This document shows, in pieces, positions 18,147-28,666 of a stretch of 64,000 nucleotides of DNA (the first letter of the stretch is position 1; the number at the start of each line of letters is the position of its first letter). The notes beneath the pieces are model-generated. The model worked only from the letters and a program-made list of their open reading frames with translations. It did no database searches and was not told where the DNA came from. The DNA is from Armatimonadota bacterium (GTDB lineage Bacteria; Armatimonadota; Hebobacteria; GCA-020354555; CP070648), in assembly GCA_020354555.1 (NCBI GenBank), contig CP070648.1, positions 2,212,692-2,276,691 of the forward strand, read 5' to 3'. The position numbers were made by a program, and so were the translations under genes.

Positions 18147-21137
18147 GTGAAACCTCGACACAAGGCGCCGCGCCAGGTCCAATACATCCTGCTCGCCACC
18201 CTCGGCTCGTTGCTCGTTTGCCCGGGGGCCTTCGCTGAGGCCGCCGACGTATCGCTGTCCAATCGCTACCTGTCCGCCGAAGTGACCGGGGCCACCGTCA
18301 CCTCGCTGCGTGTTGACCCCCACGGGCGAGGACGGTACGGCGCGAATCTCGTGCGCGCCGTGTACGCCGGGGATGTCCCCGCGCCCGAGTCCGTGCGCTG
18401 GGAACGGCCCACCGAGCACACGCTGTCCGCGGACGCGGCGCCGTTCTATGTGCGGCGAGATGAATACGTCCAATCTCGCCGCGACCGCGCCGATCGCCTC
18501 AACGCGGGGCGCACGTTGGGCCAAAGCTTCAGCGTCGCCGAAGCCGGCCTCGCCGAAGTCGGCGCGTGTTTCCCAACGTGGTACCAGGTCGGGCCGAGCA
18601 TGACTCTGACGCTGCGCCGCGGGGGCCCCGGCGGGGAGGCCGTGGCGTCGCGGCGGTTCTACGGCGTTCATGACAACTCATGGCAACGGCTGATCTTCCC
18701 GCCGCAGCCAGCCGGCGCGTACTACCTCGAGATAACGCTGCCGGCCGGCACTATCGGCTGGTGGACGAGCGATGAGGATGTATATCCGGGCGGCACGGCT
18801 TATGCCGACGGCGAGCCGGTGGCGGGGTGCGATCGCGCCTTCAGTTTCTCACGCTTCGACGTCGCGCGCGGGCGGCTGGAGATCACGCTGGCGGGGCGCA
18901 GGCTGGCCATCAACGCCGAGGTCGCGGGCGCGCAGCCCAGGTTCTACATGGTGACGCCGTGGCAGCTCACGGGATATGATACGTCCGAGCCCGCGACGTG
19001 CCCGTTCTCGGCCTTCATCAGCGATCGCGGCCAGTATGTCCCCGCCGCGCAGCTTAAGCGTCGTGCGACGATGGACTTCGCCATGCTTGCCCGCCACTGG
19101 ATCCGGGCACGCGGCAACGGTGATTTCGACCTGCTGTTCTCGCCCTTCGCCGGCTCCCTGGTGTGGACGATGGAGAACGACGCGATGACGCTGGCGCTCG
19201 GGCCGCAGTTCGCCGTCGAGGTGCAGCCGGCCGGCGGAGTGCCTGATTTCTACCCCGAGTTCTTCTCCTCGGATCCGCGCCTGGGCGAGCGGCTCAACCC
19301 CTTCCTCTATGAGCGCGCGTTCAGTTGGCCCCTCGATCCGGGACTTCCGGATTGGATGGAATGGGTCGGAACGATCCGCGACTGGATCGCCCTGCCCGGC
19401 TACCTGGAACGCGAGCGGGCGCATCTCCTGACGTACAAGATGGACGACGACGGTTACGTCTACACCTGGGGCGAGCGCCAGGAGTGGCCTTTCCCGGACA
19501 ACGAGAAGTACGATGCGCGCCACTTCACGACGAACGCGATGTTCGTTCTCGGCTGCTGGCGCTACTACTGCTGGACCGGTGACGTGGAGTTCGTGCGCGA
19601 GAACCTGGCGCGGCTGCGCGCGGCGATGCGCTTCCAGCTCGCGGACCTGCGCGGCGGTGACGGCCTGCTCATCATGACCAGCCCCGACCACGACGGCACC
19701 TCCAAGGGCCTGCACAGCAATTATTGGGACGACATTCCCTTCGGCTATAAGTCGGCGTACGAGAACATCTACTTCTACGCTTCGCTCGAGGCGATGGCGC
19801 AGATGCTCGACGCAGCGGGCGACGCCGCGGAGGCGCGGCGCCTGCGGGCGCTGCGTGAGCGCGTCCGTCGTCGGTACAACGAGGAGTTCTGGGACGACAG
19901 CGCCGGGCGATACATCGGCTGCGTTGACCGAACGGGGCAGCGTCACGATTACGGGTTCACGTACGTCAACACGGAGGCTCTCGCCTACGGCCTCGGCTCG
20001 CGCGAGCAGGCGCGCCGCGTCTACCACTGGATGGAGACCGAGCCGACCCAGAGCGGCAAGGCGGACACGTACTCCGCCTATCGCTTCGCGCCTCGCGCCA
20101 ACACCTTTGATTGCAGCGGTTGGTGGTACCTCGAGGGGAAGGCGGAGATACCCAGCCAGCCGTGGGCCAAGCATCTCGAAAACGGCGGCGCGATACTCTA
20201 CACCTCTTACTACGACATACTGGCGCGCGCGCGGCTCATCAGCGCCGACAGCGCATACCAACGCTTGCTGGAGATCCTCGACCGCTATGCCGAACCGGAC
20301 CGGCTGTGCGGCGGCTCGCCGCTCTACTATGGCGAGGTCAACGGGTGGGAGGTCGGTACCGATGTGCCGTTCCCGGAGAGCGGGCTGGTGCCGGCGGTGT
20401 TCCTCTACGCCTTCCTGGGCATCGAGGCGCAGGGCGACGGGCTTCATATTCGGCCGAATCTCCCCACGGCGCTGAAGTTCGCCGGCGTGCGCAACCTGCT
20501 CTACCGCGGGCTGCAACTTGACATTCGGGTCACCCGCGACGCGGTGGAGATCACCTGCCGCGATCCTGGATCTGACTTTCACCTGCGGAAACCCATCACG
20601 CGCGGCGGCGAGTACGTCTTCCGGCAACCGCCCCGCGGACGCTTTCCGCCTCGGCGCACCAGCTCGTGGGACGCCGCGTGGATCTGGACGCCGGGACAGT
20701 GGCGCGTCGAGGGCTCGACGTGCCACGCGCGCCGCGTGTTCGACATCGCCGGGCGCCCGACGCGCGCCGACATCTCGATTGCCGCCGACAACAGCTACCG
20801 GCTCTATGTCAACGGCGAGTTCGTCGGCGCGGGCGGCGGCTGGGAGACCGTGGAGCGCCGCGACATCGCGTCGCAGGTGCAACCGGGACGCAACGTCATC
20901 GCCGTCGCGTGCGCCAACGCTGATGGGCCCGGCGGACTGCTCGCGCAGGCCGCGATCGAGGTCGCCGGCCAGGAACCGGTGCGCCTGGCCACGGGGCAGG
21001 GATGGCGCGTAGCTGCCGACGCGCCCGACGGCTGGACTGAAGTCGGCTTCGACGATTCGGCGTGGCAGGCGGCTGAGGTCATCGCACGGCCGCCGGGCGG
21101 CCCGTGGGGGGAGATCGAGCCGGCATCGAGCCCGTAG
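18147..21137 (+). CDS. Secreted (alpha/alpha)6-barrel glycoside hydrolase-like protein with C-terminal rhamnosidase-N/galactose-binding-like beta-sandwich
   Basis: Signal peptide after GTG 18147. Central six-hairpin-like region (WRYYCWTGDVEF...DYGFTYVNTEALAYGLG). C-terminal AAWIWTP...YRLYVNGEFVG...GRNVIAVACANADGPGGLLA motif typical of the GH78-N / GH2 sugar-binding fold. Confidence 0.5.
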   Translation: MKPRHKAPRQVQYILLATLGSLLVCPGAFAEAADVSLSNRYLSAEVTGATVTSLRVDPHGRGRYGANLVRAVYAGDVPAPESVRWERPTEHTLSADAAPFYVRRDEYVQSRRDRADRLNAGRTLGQSFSVAEAGLAEVGACFPTWYQVGPSMTLTLRRGGPGGEAVASRRFYGVHDNSWQRLIFPPQPAGAYYLEITLPAGTIGWWTSDEDVYPGGTAYADGEPVAGCDRAFSFSRFDVARGRLEITLAGRRLAINAEVAGAQPRFYMVTPWQLTGYDTSEPATCPFSAFISDRGQYVPAAQLKRRATMDFAMLARHWIRARGNGDFDLLFSPFAGSLVWTMENDAMTLALGPQFAVEVQPAGGVPDFYPEFFSSDPRLGERLNPFLYERAFSWPLDPGLPDWMEWVGTIRDWIALPGYLERERAHLLTYKMDDDGYVYTWGERQEWPFPDNEKYDARHFTTNAMFVLGCWRYYCWTGDVEFVRENLARLRAAMRFQLADLRGGDGLLIMTSPDHDGTSKGLHSNYWDDIPFGYKSAYENIYFYASLEAMAQMLDAAGDAAEARRLRALRERVRRRYNEEFWDDSAGRYIGCVDRTGQRHDYGFTYVNTEALAYGLGSREQARRVYHWMETEPTQSGKADTYSAYRFAPRANTFDCSGWWYLEGKAEIPSQPWAKHLENGGAILYTSYYDILARARLISADSAYQRLLEILDRYAEPDRLCGGSPLYYGEVNGWEVGTDVPFPESGLVPAVFLYAFLGIEAQGDGLHIRPNLPTALKFAGVRNLLYRGLQLDIRVTRDAVEITCRDPGSDFHLRKPITRGGEYVFRQPPRGRFPPRRTSSWDAAWIWTPGQWRVEGSTCHARRVFDIAGRPTRADISIAADNSYRLYVNGEFVGAGGGWETVERRDIASQVQPGRNVIAVACANADGPGGLLAQAAIEVAGQEPVRLATGQGWRVAADAPDGWTEVGFDDSAWQAAEVIARPPGGPWGEIEPASSP

Positions 21138-21239
21138 GGCGGCCATCACGTGCCCGCGCGACGGCGGGTTCCAGTGTCGCCGGCCGCGTTCGGCCCGGGC
21201 GGCGCTGCCGACTCCGCACCGACGGTTACGGACCGCGAC

Positions 21240-22583
21240 ATGCAAGTTGGCATCATATCACTCGGCTGCCCGAAGAACCTCGTGGACACCGAGGTCATGC
21301 TGGGCCTGCTGGCGGAAGCCGGCCACGAGATAACGCCCGATGCGCGGACGGCGGAGGCGATCATCATCAACACGTGCTGCTTCATCGAGCCCGCGCGTGA
21401 GGAGGCGGCGCAGGCGGTCCGCGAGGCGCTGGAGTTGAAGGAGCGAGGAGCGTGCCGGTTGGTCATTGTCGCCGGCTGCTGGCCACAGCGTGAAGGGATG
21501 CGGCTGGCCGACCGATTCCCCGGGGTCGACGCGCTCATCGGCGTCAACGATTTCCCGCGCATCACGGAGATCCTCGACGGCCTCGCCGCGCGGCACGATC
21601 CCGGACGGCCGACGCTCCGCGTGTCTCCTCCGGAATTCCTCTACGATCACGCCACGCCGCGACTCCTCGCCACGCCGCCGTGGATGGCTTATCTCAAGAT
21701 AGCCGAGGGGTGCGATCACCGCTGCGCGTTCTGTGTCATCCCGCACCTGCGCGGGCGGCTCCGCAGCCGGCCCATCGAGTCCGTCGTCGCCGAGGCGCGG
21801 GGCCTTGCTCGCCGCGGCGTCAAGGAGCTCAACGTGGTCGCCCAGGACACGACCGGCTACGGCCGCGATCTCTACGGCACACGCCGCATCTGCGACCTAC
21901 TGCGTCACCTGGCGGTAGTGGACGGCGTGCACTGGCTGCGCCTCATGTACTGCTTTCCGACGGAGGTGGATGACGGACTCATCGCCCTCCTGCGCGACGA
22001 GCCGAAACTGTGCAAGTACATTGACCTGCCGGTGCAGCACAGCGAGCGGGCGGTTTTGCGCGGAATGCGCAGGCCGGGATCGGGCGAACGCTACCTCGAG
22101 TTGATCGAGCGACTGCGCGCGGAGGTGCCCGCGGTGGCGCTCCGCACTTCCATCCTGGTGGGCTTCCCCGGGGAGACGGAGCAGAACTTCGAAGCGCTGC
22201 TCGATTTCCTGGCGGCGGCACGGTTCGACCGCGCGGGCGCGTTCGTCTATTCGCGGGAAGAGGGCACGGTCGCCGCTGCGATGGCCGAGCACGTGCCGGT
22301 GGAGGTCGCGCAGGAACGGTACCGGCGCGTGATGGAGCTTCAGCAGAGCATCTCGCTGGAGCACAACCGAGAGTTGGTGGGCGCCGAAATGGAGGTGCTG
22401 GTCGAAGCGTCGGCGCAAGCGCCGTTCTCGTGGGTCGGGCGCTCGCAGCGCGACGCGCCGGAGATTGACGGCCTGGTCTATCTGCGCGGAGGCAACGAGA
22501 TCGGGCCCGGGGACTTCATCCGCGCGATCATTACTGGCGCCCGTGAATATGACCTAGAAGGGGAGGTCGTCAGCGCGACGTAG
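21240..22583 (+). CDS. rimO: Ribosomal protein S12 methylthiotransferase RimO
   Basis: N-terminal MTTase domain (SLGCPKN), radical SAM CDHRCAFC, C-terminal TRAM domain. Confidence 0.9.
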   Translation: MQVGIISLGCPKNLVDTEVMLGLLAEAGHEITPDARTAEAIIINTCCFIEPAREEAAQAVREALELKERGACRLVIVAGCWPQREGMRLADRFPGVDALIGVNDFPRITEILDGLAARHDPGRPTLRVSPPEFLYDHATPRLLATPPWMAYLKIAEGCDHRCAFCVIPHLRGRLRSRPIESVVAEARGLARRGVKELNVVAQDTTGYGRDLYGTRRICDLLRHLAVVDGVHWLRLMYCFPTEVDDGLIALLRDEPKLCKYIDLPVQHSERAVLRGMRRPGSGERYLELIERLRAEVPAVALRTSILVGFPGETEQNFEALLDFLAAARFDRAGAFVYSREEGTVAAAMAEHVPVEVAQERYRRVMELQQSISLEHNRELVGAEMEVLVEASAQAPFSWVGRSQRDAPEIDGLVYLRGGNEIGPGDFIRAIITGAREYDLEGEVVSAT

Positions 22584-22649
22584 GGGCGAGGCGGCCGCCG
22601 ACGTTGCCGTTCGCGCGTGACGCGCGGCGGCGCGGGGGCTGCGCGCGCG

Positions 22650-23564
22650 TCATTCCCGCGGCTCGACGTCTATCTCTACCTCCACTTCCGAGTCGGAGAC
22701 GGTCGTGATGCCGTCGGGCCGGGTGAGGCGGGCGGTGCGGCTGATATCGCCGTCTATGCCCTCGATGTCGAGCGGCGCCGTGCGGATATACGATACCTGG
22801 CGCAGACGCTCGGCATCCCCCGCGATGGTCACCACCGGCGGGCGCACCGAAACGCCGGCGATACGACGGCCCGGCGCCGGGTTGCCCTGCAGACGCACGA
22901 CGATCGGCACCGTCTCGTAGCTCAGCGTGCGTTCGACCGGAATGACGACTCGCGCCTCGGAACGCGAGAGTTCGACGCCTTCGACGACGTCATCGTTCTC
23001 GTCCACAGCCCGCAGCGGATTGGTCTGAGGGGCGTCGGGGCGAGCGGAATTCGCATCCACTTTGACCACGACATGGCTCACGCGCGCGATCGCGTCCCGC
23101 ACGCCGGACACGGTTACGGTGGTGGGGGTAATCCTGGGTTCCCCGAGGAGGTAACCGGGCGGTGCGGCGCCCACAAGTCTGGCCTCGATATTCATGGTCC
23201 GGCTCGTGACGAGCTTGACGGTTACCGTGACCTTGGGTGGCTCGATACGAACGAGGCGAGTCTCGGTGGGTGCGATGTAGCTGACCTCGACCGTCCGCTG
23301 CCCCGGGTCGGCGTTTCTCAGGTTGATGTAGGCCGCGGGCGCGGGCGCGGGTGACTCGAGCGCGCCCGGACGACCGCGCAGGAAGAGCCGGACGCGCTGG
23401 GGCTCGACGGAGGCAACGTGCTTCTGGCCCACGTTTCTCAACTCGACGGGCACGGTAAAGGCCTGCGTCTCGACCGCCTGCTGCTGGGTGATGGCGACGT
23501 ACAACCACAGGGAGATGGCGAGCAGCAGGGCCAGTATCTTGTATCTAAGGTTCTGGCGCAGCAT
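22650..23564 (-). CDS. cdaR: YbbR-domain protein CdaR (diadenylate cyclase regulator)
   Basis: N-terminal TM anchor then YbbR-like repeats. Lies directly downstream of cdaA. Confidence 0.75.
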   Translation of the reverse strand: MLRQNLRYKILALLLAISLWLYVAITQQQAVETQAFTVPVELRNVGQKHVASVEPQRVRLFLRGRPGALESPAPAPAAYINLRNADPGQRTVEVSYIAPTETRLVRIEPPKVTVTVKLVTSRTMNIEARLVGAAPPGYLLGEPRITPTTVTVSGVRDAIARVSHVVVKVDANSARPDAPQTNPLRAVDENDDVVEGVELSRSEARVVIPVERTLSYETVPIVVRLQGNPAPGRRIAGVSVRPPVVTIAGDAERLRQVSYIRTAPLDIEGIDGDISRTARLTRPDGITTVSDSEVEVEIDVEPRE

Positions 23565-23641
23565 AGCTTCCCATTGGCGGATGGAGCAATGCCGGTGGCA
23601 CCACCGTTATCGAACGCCCCGGCGCGGGCCTGCCGGCCGGT

Positions 23642-24490
23642 CTACGGCTTCGGCGCGGCCTCGGCTTTCCTTCGCAGCGTCAGCGGACGCTCGCGCTCGG
23701 GAGGCACCAAGGCAGTGACGAGATGCTTCCGCAGCGCGTCGTCGGCGAGATTGGTGAACAGCCTACCCTCGAGGGCATAGGACACGGCGCCGCTTTCCTC
23801 CGACACGATGACGACCGCCGCGTCGGTCTGCTCGCAGAGGCCGAGAGCGGCGCGATGGCGGGTGCCGAGCAGGGCGCCGACGTCGTACCGTTCGCTCAGG
23901 GGCAGGACGCAGCCGGCGGCGACGACGCGGTCATCACGGATCACCGCGGCGCCGTCATGCAGCGGGCTGCCGGGGAAGAACACCGTGCGCAGCAGTTCGG
24001 TGGAGACGACGCCGTCCACGCGTTTGCCGGTGCGGATGATATCGTTGAGTCCTACCTCGCGCTCGAGTACGATCAACGCGCCGACCCGGCTTTGCGCGCA
24101 CTGCCGGGCGGCGCGGACGATCTCGGTGATTAAGCGGGACACCTCCTCGCCCTTCAAGTCAGTTGCGCCGCCGGGCCACAGCCGGCCCCGGCCCAGGCGC
24201 TCGAGCGCCAGGCGCAGCTCCGGCTGAAAGAGAATGATGAGGGCGATGACGCCGGGCAGGAGCATCTGCGTCATCAGCCAGTGAAAAGTGTCCAGACCGG
24301 CCCACCTGCTGACGCCCACCAGCACCAGTAGCACCGCCACCCCTTTGAGCAGTTGAATGGCGCGCGTGCCGCGCACGAGCAGGAGCAGGTAATAGACCGC
24401 CACCGCCACCAGAGCGATGTCGAGGACGGACGCCAGGCTGACGTCAACCTGGACCGTCTGGCGAAGGCTGTCAAAGCGAAGCAGGTTCAT
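23642..24490 (-). CDS. cdaA: Diadenylate cyclase CdaA
   Basis: Three N-terminal TM helices; DAC domain motifs DGAVIRD and RHRAALG. Confidence 0.9.
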   Translation of the reverse strand: MNLLRFDSLRQTVQVDVSLASVLDIALVAVAVYYLLLLVRGTRAIQLLKGVAVLLVLVGVSRWAGLDTFHWLMTQMLLPGVIALIILFQPELRLALERLGRGRLWPGGATDLKGEEVSRLITEIVRAARQCAQSRVGALIVLEREVGLNDIIRTGKRVDGVVSTELLRTVFFPGSPLHDGAAVIRDDRVVAAGCVLPLSERYDVGALLGTRHRAALGLCEQTDAAVVIVSEESGAVSYALEGRLFTNLADDALRKHLVTALVPPERERPLTLRRKAEAAPKP

Positions 24491-24718
24491 TGACGGCCCG
24501 GCACGCTGGCAAAACCGCGGCGGTGACGAGTCGGTCGGGCGGAGAAAGTGCTGAACCAGCGGACCGGAGAACCACCCCTCTGAATGGGATTCGTCGACGC
24601 AGCGGCCTCCCGCCCGCTGGCCGCGGCTAACCGCAATATATCACACGCGCGCGACGAGTGTCAAATCGCCCGCCGTCGCGGAGTCTCGCCACGCGCCGCC
24701 GCGATCGGCGATGGTCGG

Positions 24719-27433
24719 CTACGGAGGTCCGTACAGCGCCTGCTCGCCGCGGCGCACGTCATCGCCGCGCAGGGCAAGCGATGACCGCACCGTGCGATCC
24801 GGATTCAGCCGGATGAAGCCGATGTCCCCGGCGGTCTCCACGCCCGCCGCTTTGACCGAGGACGCGCCCTCGCGGCCGATCAGCAGAACGTCGCGCCTGC
24901 CGTCAGTGAACGACACCTCGACAGCGAACGCCTCGCCCCGCCCGCTCGCCGTCGGCGCCGCAAACCTCTGCACCGGCAGCTCCTGCCCCGCGGCCAGTGG
25001 ATAGAGGAGGTAGGCCGCCCACACCGCGCCGTCGCCCTCAGTCCCCAATATCGGCGTCGGGATGGGGCGCACATCATAGCCGCCGCTCGGAATCCAGCCC
25101 TGCACCTCCGGCTGCTCCTGGCCGGAGACGACATCGAGACTAACATCACGGCTGCCCACCGCCCACAAGGCCAGATTGGGCCCTTCCTGGTTACGCGTCA
25201 GCGTCAGCAGGGGCGCATCGCCGACCTGGAGTTCGTCCGTGTCGACGTGGAAGATGGCGTCGTAGCGATGCGGTTTCTCGTCACGTGATTGCAGCTCGTC
25301 AACGATGAGCCAGTAGTCGGGCTTGACGAAGAAGACGTGGCGGCGGTGGGACGCGGGCGTCGTCTTCCCGGGCCCGTATCCCTCGTCGTAGGTCGCGGCA
25401 GCGTAGTCGAAGTCGTCCTCGCTCACCCAGCGCTGCGGCAGGGGTTCGCTCACGACGTAGTGCCATCGGTTCGGCGCCCCGCGCCGGTTCTGCTCGAGGC
25501 CGTCAACCATGACTGTGTTGTGAGCGCGTGTGGAGAGGACGTAGCGCCGCCACTGCGACGAATCATAGGGATAGTTGCCGGCGTCAACGATGTGGCGGCG
25601 ACCGTGCGCATAGAGGACGAACGTCAGCTTGTCCTCGTGCTGGTGGCCGTAGCCGAACGGCCCGGCGTCGAACAGCAGGTAGCGTGCATCCGGCTCCCAC
25701 CCCGAGCGCATCACGAGGTGGCCCGCGTAGGGGAAGCGATACGAGAGGTGCGCGGGCGCTTCGCCGCCGGCGCCGCCGGTCGCGATGTACTCGAAATCGC
25801 GTCGGTGCGGGAAGTAGCGCAGTGCGTCGAGCAGGGCGTAGCGCACGTCGGTCACGCCCGCATCATTGAGCGCCGGCAGGCAGCCGTTGGGCATCGCGGC
25901 GTAGGCGTTGTAGTGATACATCTTCTCGAGCTTCGCGGTGAAGTCGGCGGGCAGCGCGGTGTCGCTGAGGCCCGCGAGATCAATCATCCCCTTGAAGTTG
26001 CGCAGCGTGACCTGATGGTAGCCGGTGCTCAACTCGATCTGCGCGCCGTCCGGATAGACCTGACGATCGAGTTCGGCATACGCGCGCTCGACGGCCGTGC
26101 GGCGCCAGGAGTCGGCTTCCGTGAACTCCGGAAACATCACCCCGACGTGGAACAGCCCGTTGCATTCCATGGCGAGCCAGTTGCCGGAGGTCGGGTGAGC
26201 CACCAGGTGGCGGGCCTGCTCGACGACGGACTTGAGCATGGTGACGACGGCGTCGTCGGTGAACGACGGGGATGACAAGAAGTAGTGGAAGGAGTCCATC
26301 CAACTGCCGGCGAGCCGGATGCCGGTCTCGATGGTGCGCCAGGCGGCCTCGCGGTTGCGGAAGCCCTCGACCGGCACCGGCTGCGACCGCACCCAGTGCG
26401 TCATCTGCGCGGTGAACTCGCGCGCGTAGCGCTCGTCGCCGGTGTCCCAGTATGCTTGGCCCAGCGTCCTCCAGAACGGATGACGGTTGAGCTGCCACGG
26501 CCACTCGTTATAGTTGATGGGGTTGAGCGTCCAGTCGACTTCGCCCTCGAACCGATGGCTGACGCCGACGCTCGTCAGCTCGCGCTCCAGGATGCGGTCG
26601 GCGGCGGAGGTGTCAGGCAGGTCCGAGTCGAGCACGAGGATCACGCGCGCGTTGGTCGGCCTTGGCGAGTAGGCCCAGAATTCCAATGCGTCAAACCGGC
26701 TCCAGTCCCGCGGCACCGCGGAGGTGGATACGCGGCGCGCCAAGTGCGGATACCGCCACCGGCCCGAATGAGCGCCGGAGCGCGCCATCTCGTCGGTCAG
26801 TTGTAGGCCGGACCACGCCGCGCGCTCGTCCTCGAAGTCGCAGATGAGCGCGCTCGCCTCCGGCCCGACGAGACGGATGTCGTCGAAGGACAACTCCATC
26901 TCGGGGTCGGGGGTCAGGTCCCACCCCGACGCGTTGAATGCCACGGAGCGGATCCAATGCCAGCCGATGGGCTGCCGGCTCGCCGCGAAGTCGCTCTTCT
27001 CGAAGCGCACGAGCTTCCATCCCTGCCAATCGACGTCGAGAAAAGCGGCGAAGTAGTCCCACCCCTCACTCCCGCCGGCAGCGGGCAGGCGCACGTCCGG
27101 CCGGCCGCGCCAGTCGAAGCGCCATCGGGGTCCGCGGCGCTGCTTCAGATGACGAACGAACTCCGACCTGGCGCGGGCAAGATCGCCTGCGTCGGCCGCC
27201 TGCTTGACGGCGCCGAGTTCGGGCCGGGTGAAATCGAGGGCGGTGATGAATTCCTCATCAGTGATGCGCGGGCCGGTCACGTGCTGCTCCTTGGCGAATG
27301 TGCTGACGGCGAGACCGCTGATGAGTACGAGGGCAAGCGCAAACACGGCGCGGGAACGCGCCGAGGCGAGGGAGCCGGTCGCAGGCGAGGCCGCACGCAG
27401 CGGCGTTCCCGGCCCGCCCGCGCCATCACGCAT
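24719..27433 (-). CDS. Secreted heparinase II/III-like polysaccharide lyase-family protein with N-terminal CBM-like domain
   Basis: Signal peptide. DWTLNPINYNEWPWQLNRHPFW is the Hepar_II_III_N signature. C-terminal heparinase II/III-like beta-sandwich. Confidence 0.65.
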   Translation of the reverse strand: MRDGAGGPGTPLRAASPATGSLASARSRAVFALALVLISGLAVSTFAKEQHVTGPRITDEEFITALDFTRPELGAVKQAADAGDLARARSEFVRHLKQRRGPRWRFDWRGRPDVRLPAAGGSEGWDYFAAFLDVDWQGWKLVRFEKSDFAASRQPIGWHWIRSVAFNASGWDLTPDPEMELSFDDIRLVGPEASALICDFEDERAAWSGLQLTDEMARSGAHSGRWRYPHLARRVSTSAVPRDWSRFDALEFWAYSPRPTNARVILVLDSDLPDTSAADRILERELTSVGVSHRFEGEVDWTLNPINYNEWPWQLNRHPFWRTLGQAYWDTGDERYAREFTAQMTHWVRSQPVPVEGFRNREAAWRTIETGIRLAGSWMDSFHYFLSSPSFTDDAVVTMLKSVVEQARHLVAHPTSGNWLAMECNGLFHVGVMFPEFTEADSWRRTAVERAYAELDRQVYPDGAQIELSTGYHQVTLRNFKGMIDLAGLSDTALPADFTAKLEKMYHYNAYAAMPNGCLPALNDAGVTDVRYALLDALRYFPHRRDFEYIATGGAGGEAPAHLSYRFPYAGHLVMRSGWEPDARYLLFDAGPFGYGHQHEDKLTFVLYAHGRRHIVDAGNYPYDSSQWRRYVLSTRAHNTVMVDGLEQNRRGAPNRWHYVVSEPLPQRWVSEDDFDYAAATYDEGYGPGKTTPASHRRHVFFVKPDYWLIVDELQSRDEKPHRYDAIFHVDTDELQVGDAPLLTLTRNQEGPNLALWAVGSRDVSLDVVSGQEQPEVQGWIPSGGYDVRPIPTPILGTEGDGAVWAAYLLYPLAAGQELPVQRFAAPTASGRGEAFAVEVSFTDGRRDVLLIGREGASSVKAAGVETAGDIGFIRLNPDRTVRSSLALRGDDVRRGEQALYGPP

Positions 27434-27824
27434 GAGCCCCTCCGGGCGGCGCCTTGTGGACGCGCAGGTTCTTGATCGTGACTTCGCGGCCGCGCTCGAC
27501 CTCGAGACCCGGGGCATCGCAGCGCGGGCACCGCAGGGCCGGCATGAAGATATGAAACCCGGGATCCGAGGGCACCTCGATGGCCCCCTCGTACCCGCAC
27601 TGATCGCACTTCACCTTGGGGGGGATGGTCGCCACCCTGATGTCCGCCCCCTCGGCCACAGTGTCGCGGAAGAGCTGGCGCAGCCAGAACTCCACCTGGT
27701 CCGGGTTGAAGAGACTCAGCTCGCCGATCTCGATGTCAACCTCGACCACATCCTGCACCTCGTGCTCGGCGGCTGCCTTCAGCACCGTGCCTTGGATCTG
27801 CATCGCCAGGGATAGCTCGTGCAT
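27426..27824 (-). CDS. hypA: Hydrogenase/urease nickel-insertion protein HypA
   Basis: MHELSLA N-terminus; CDQC...CPRC zinc-ribbon. Overlaps the start of the lyase gene by 8 nt. Confidence 0.85.
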   Translation of the reverse strand: MHELSLAMQIQGTVLKAAAEHEVQDVVEVDIEIGELSLFNPDQVEFWLRQLFRDTVAEGADIRVATIPPKVKCDQCGYEGAIEVPSDPGFHIFMPALRCPRCDAPGLEVERGREVTIKNLRVHKAPPGGAHA

Positions 27825-27905
27825 GGCTTCCTCATTCACGCAACGCGGCGGCGCTTGTCACGCCGCGCGGGGCAGCGTGCCGTTCTCGCCGTGTCCCCCC
27901 GCGGC

Positions 27906-28574
27906 TCACAATCCGAGCGCCGCGGCGACCTGCGGGATACCCTCGCCGCCGAGACAGTCGGTGCCCACCACCTCCAGGTCCGGGTTCGCCGCCAGCGCAT
28001 CCTGCCGCAGTTGATCGAGGTCGGCGTTCACCACCTGCGCCAGGTCCACCTTATTAACAACGGCGACCCGTGCCTCGCGGAAGATGTAGGGGTGCTTGCG
28101 CATCATGTACGGTCCCTCCGTCACGGACACAACCACGACGCGCGCGTGAGACCCGAGGGGGAACTCAGCCGGGCAGATCAGGTTGCCCACGTTCTCGATG
28201 AAGATGGTATCCACGTCGTGCTGCAGGACCTCGTCGAGCCCCTTGGCGACGACGTTGGCGTCAAGGTGGCATTCCTTGCCGGTGTTGATCTGCACGATGG
28301 ACACGGCGCCCCGCTTCGCCAGCCGATCGGCGTCAATCGTCGTCGTTAGGTCTCCGGCGAGGACGCCGACGCGGCGGTTCGTGAGGTGCTCGATGAGCGC
28401 CCCGATGAGAGACGTCTTGCCGGAGCCGATCGCGCCCATGACATCGAACGCCTTAATGCCGCGCTCGTCGAGGCGGCCTCGATTCGCGTCTGCCAACTCC
28501 CGGTTCTTTGCGAGCAGGTTCTCCTCCAGCTCGATATCGAATGTCTCGCCTTCGCCGGCTGTGATGACCTTCAA
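27906..28574 (-). CDS. hypB: Nickel-incorporation GTPase HypB
   Basis: GAIGSGKTSL P-loop; CPAEFPLG motif; TTG start after a GGAGGGG ribosome-binding site. Confidence 0.85.
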   Translation of the reverse strand: MKVITAGEGETFDIELEENLLAKNRELADANRGRLDERGIKAFDVMGAIGSGKTSLIGALIEHLTNRRVGVLAGDLTTTIDADRLAKRGAVSIVQINTGKECHLDANVVAKGLDEVLQHDVDTIFIENVGNLICPAEFPLGSHARVVVVSVTEGPYMMRKHPYIFREARVAVVNKVDLAQVVNADLDQLRQDALAANPDLEVVGTDCLGGEGIPQVAAALGL

Positions 28575-28666
28575 TTTTCCCCTCCGTGATCGCGGCGCGC
28601 CGCCTGGTGAGTACTAGCTTCCGTTCGCGGGCGCGGGTTCCTTTCGCGGCGTGGTCTGCGGGATCG

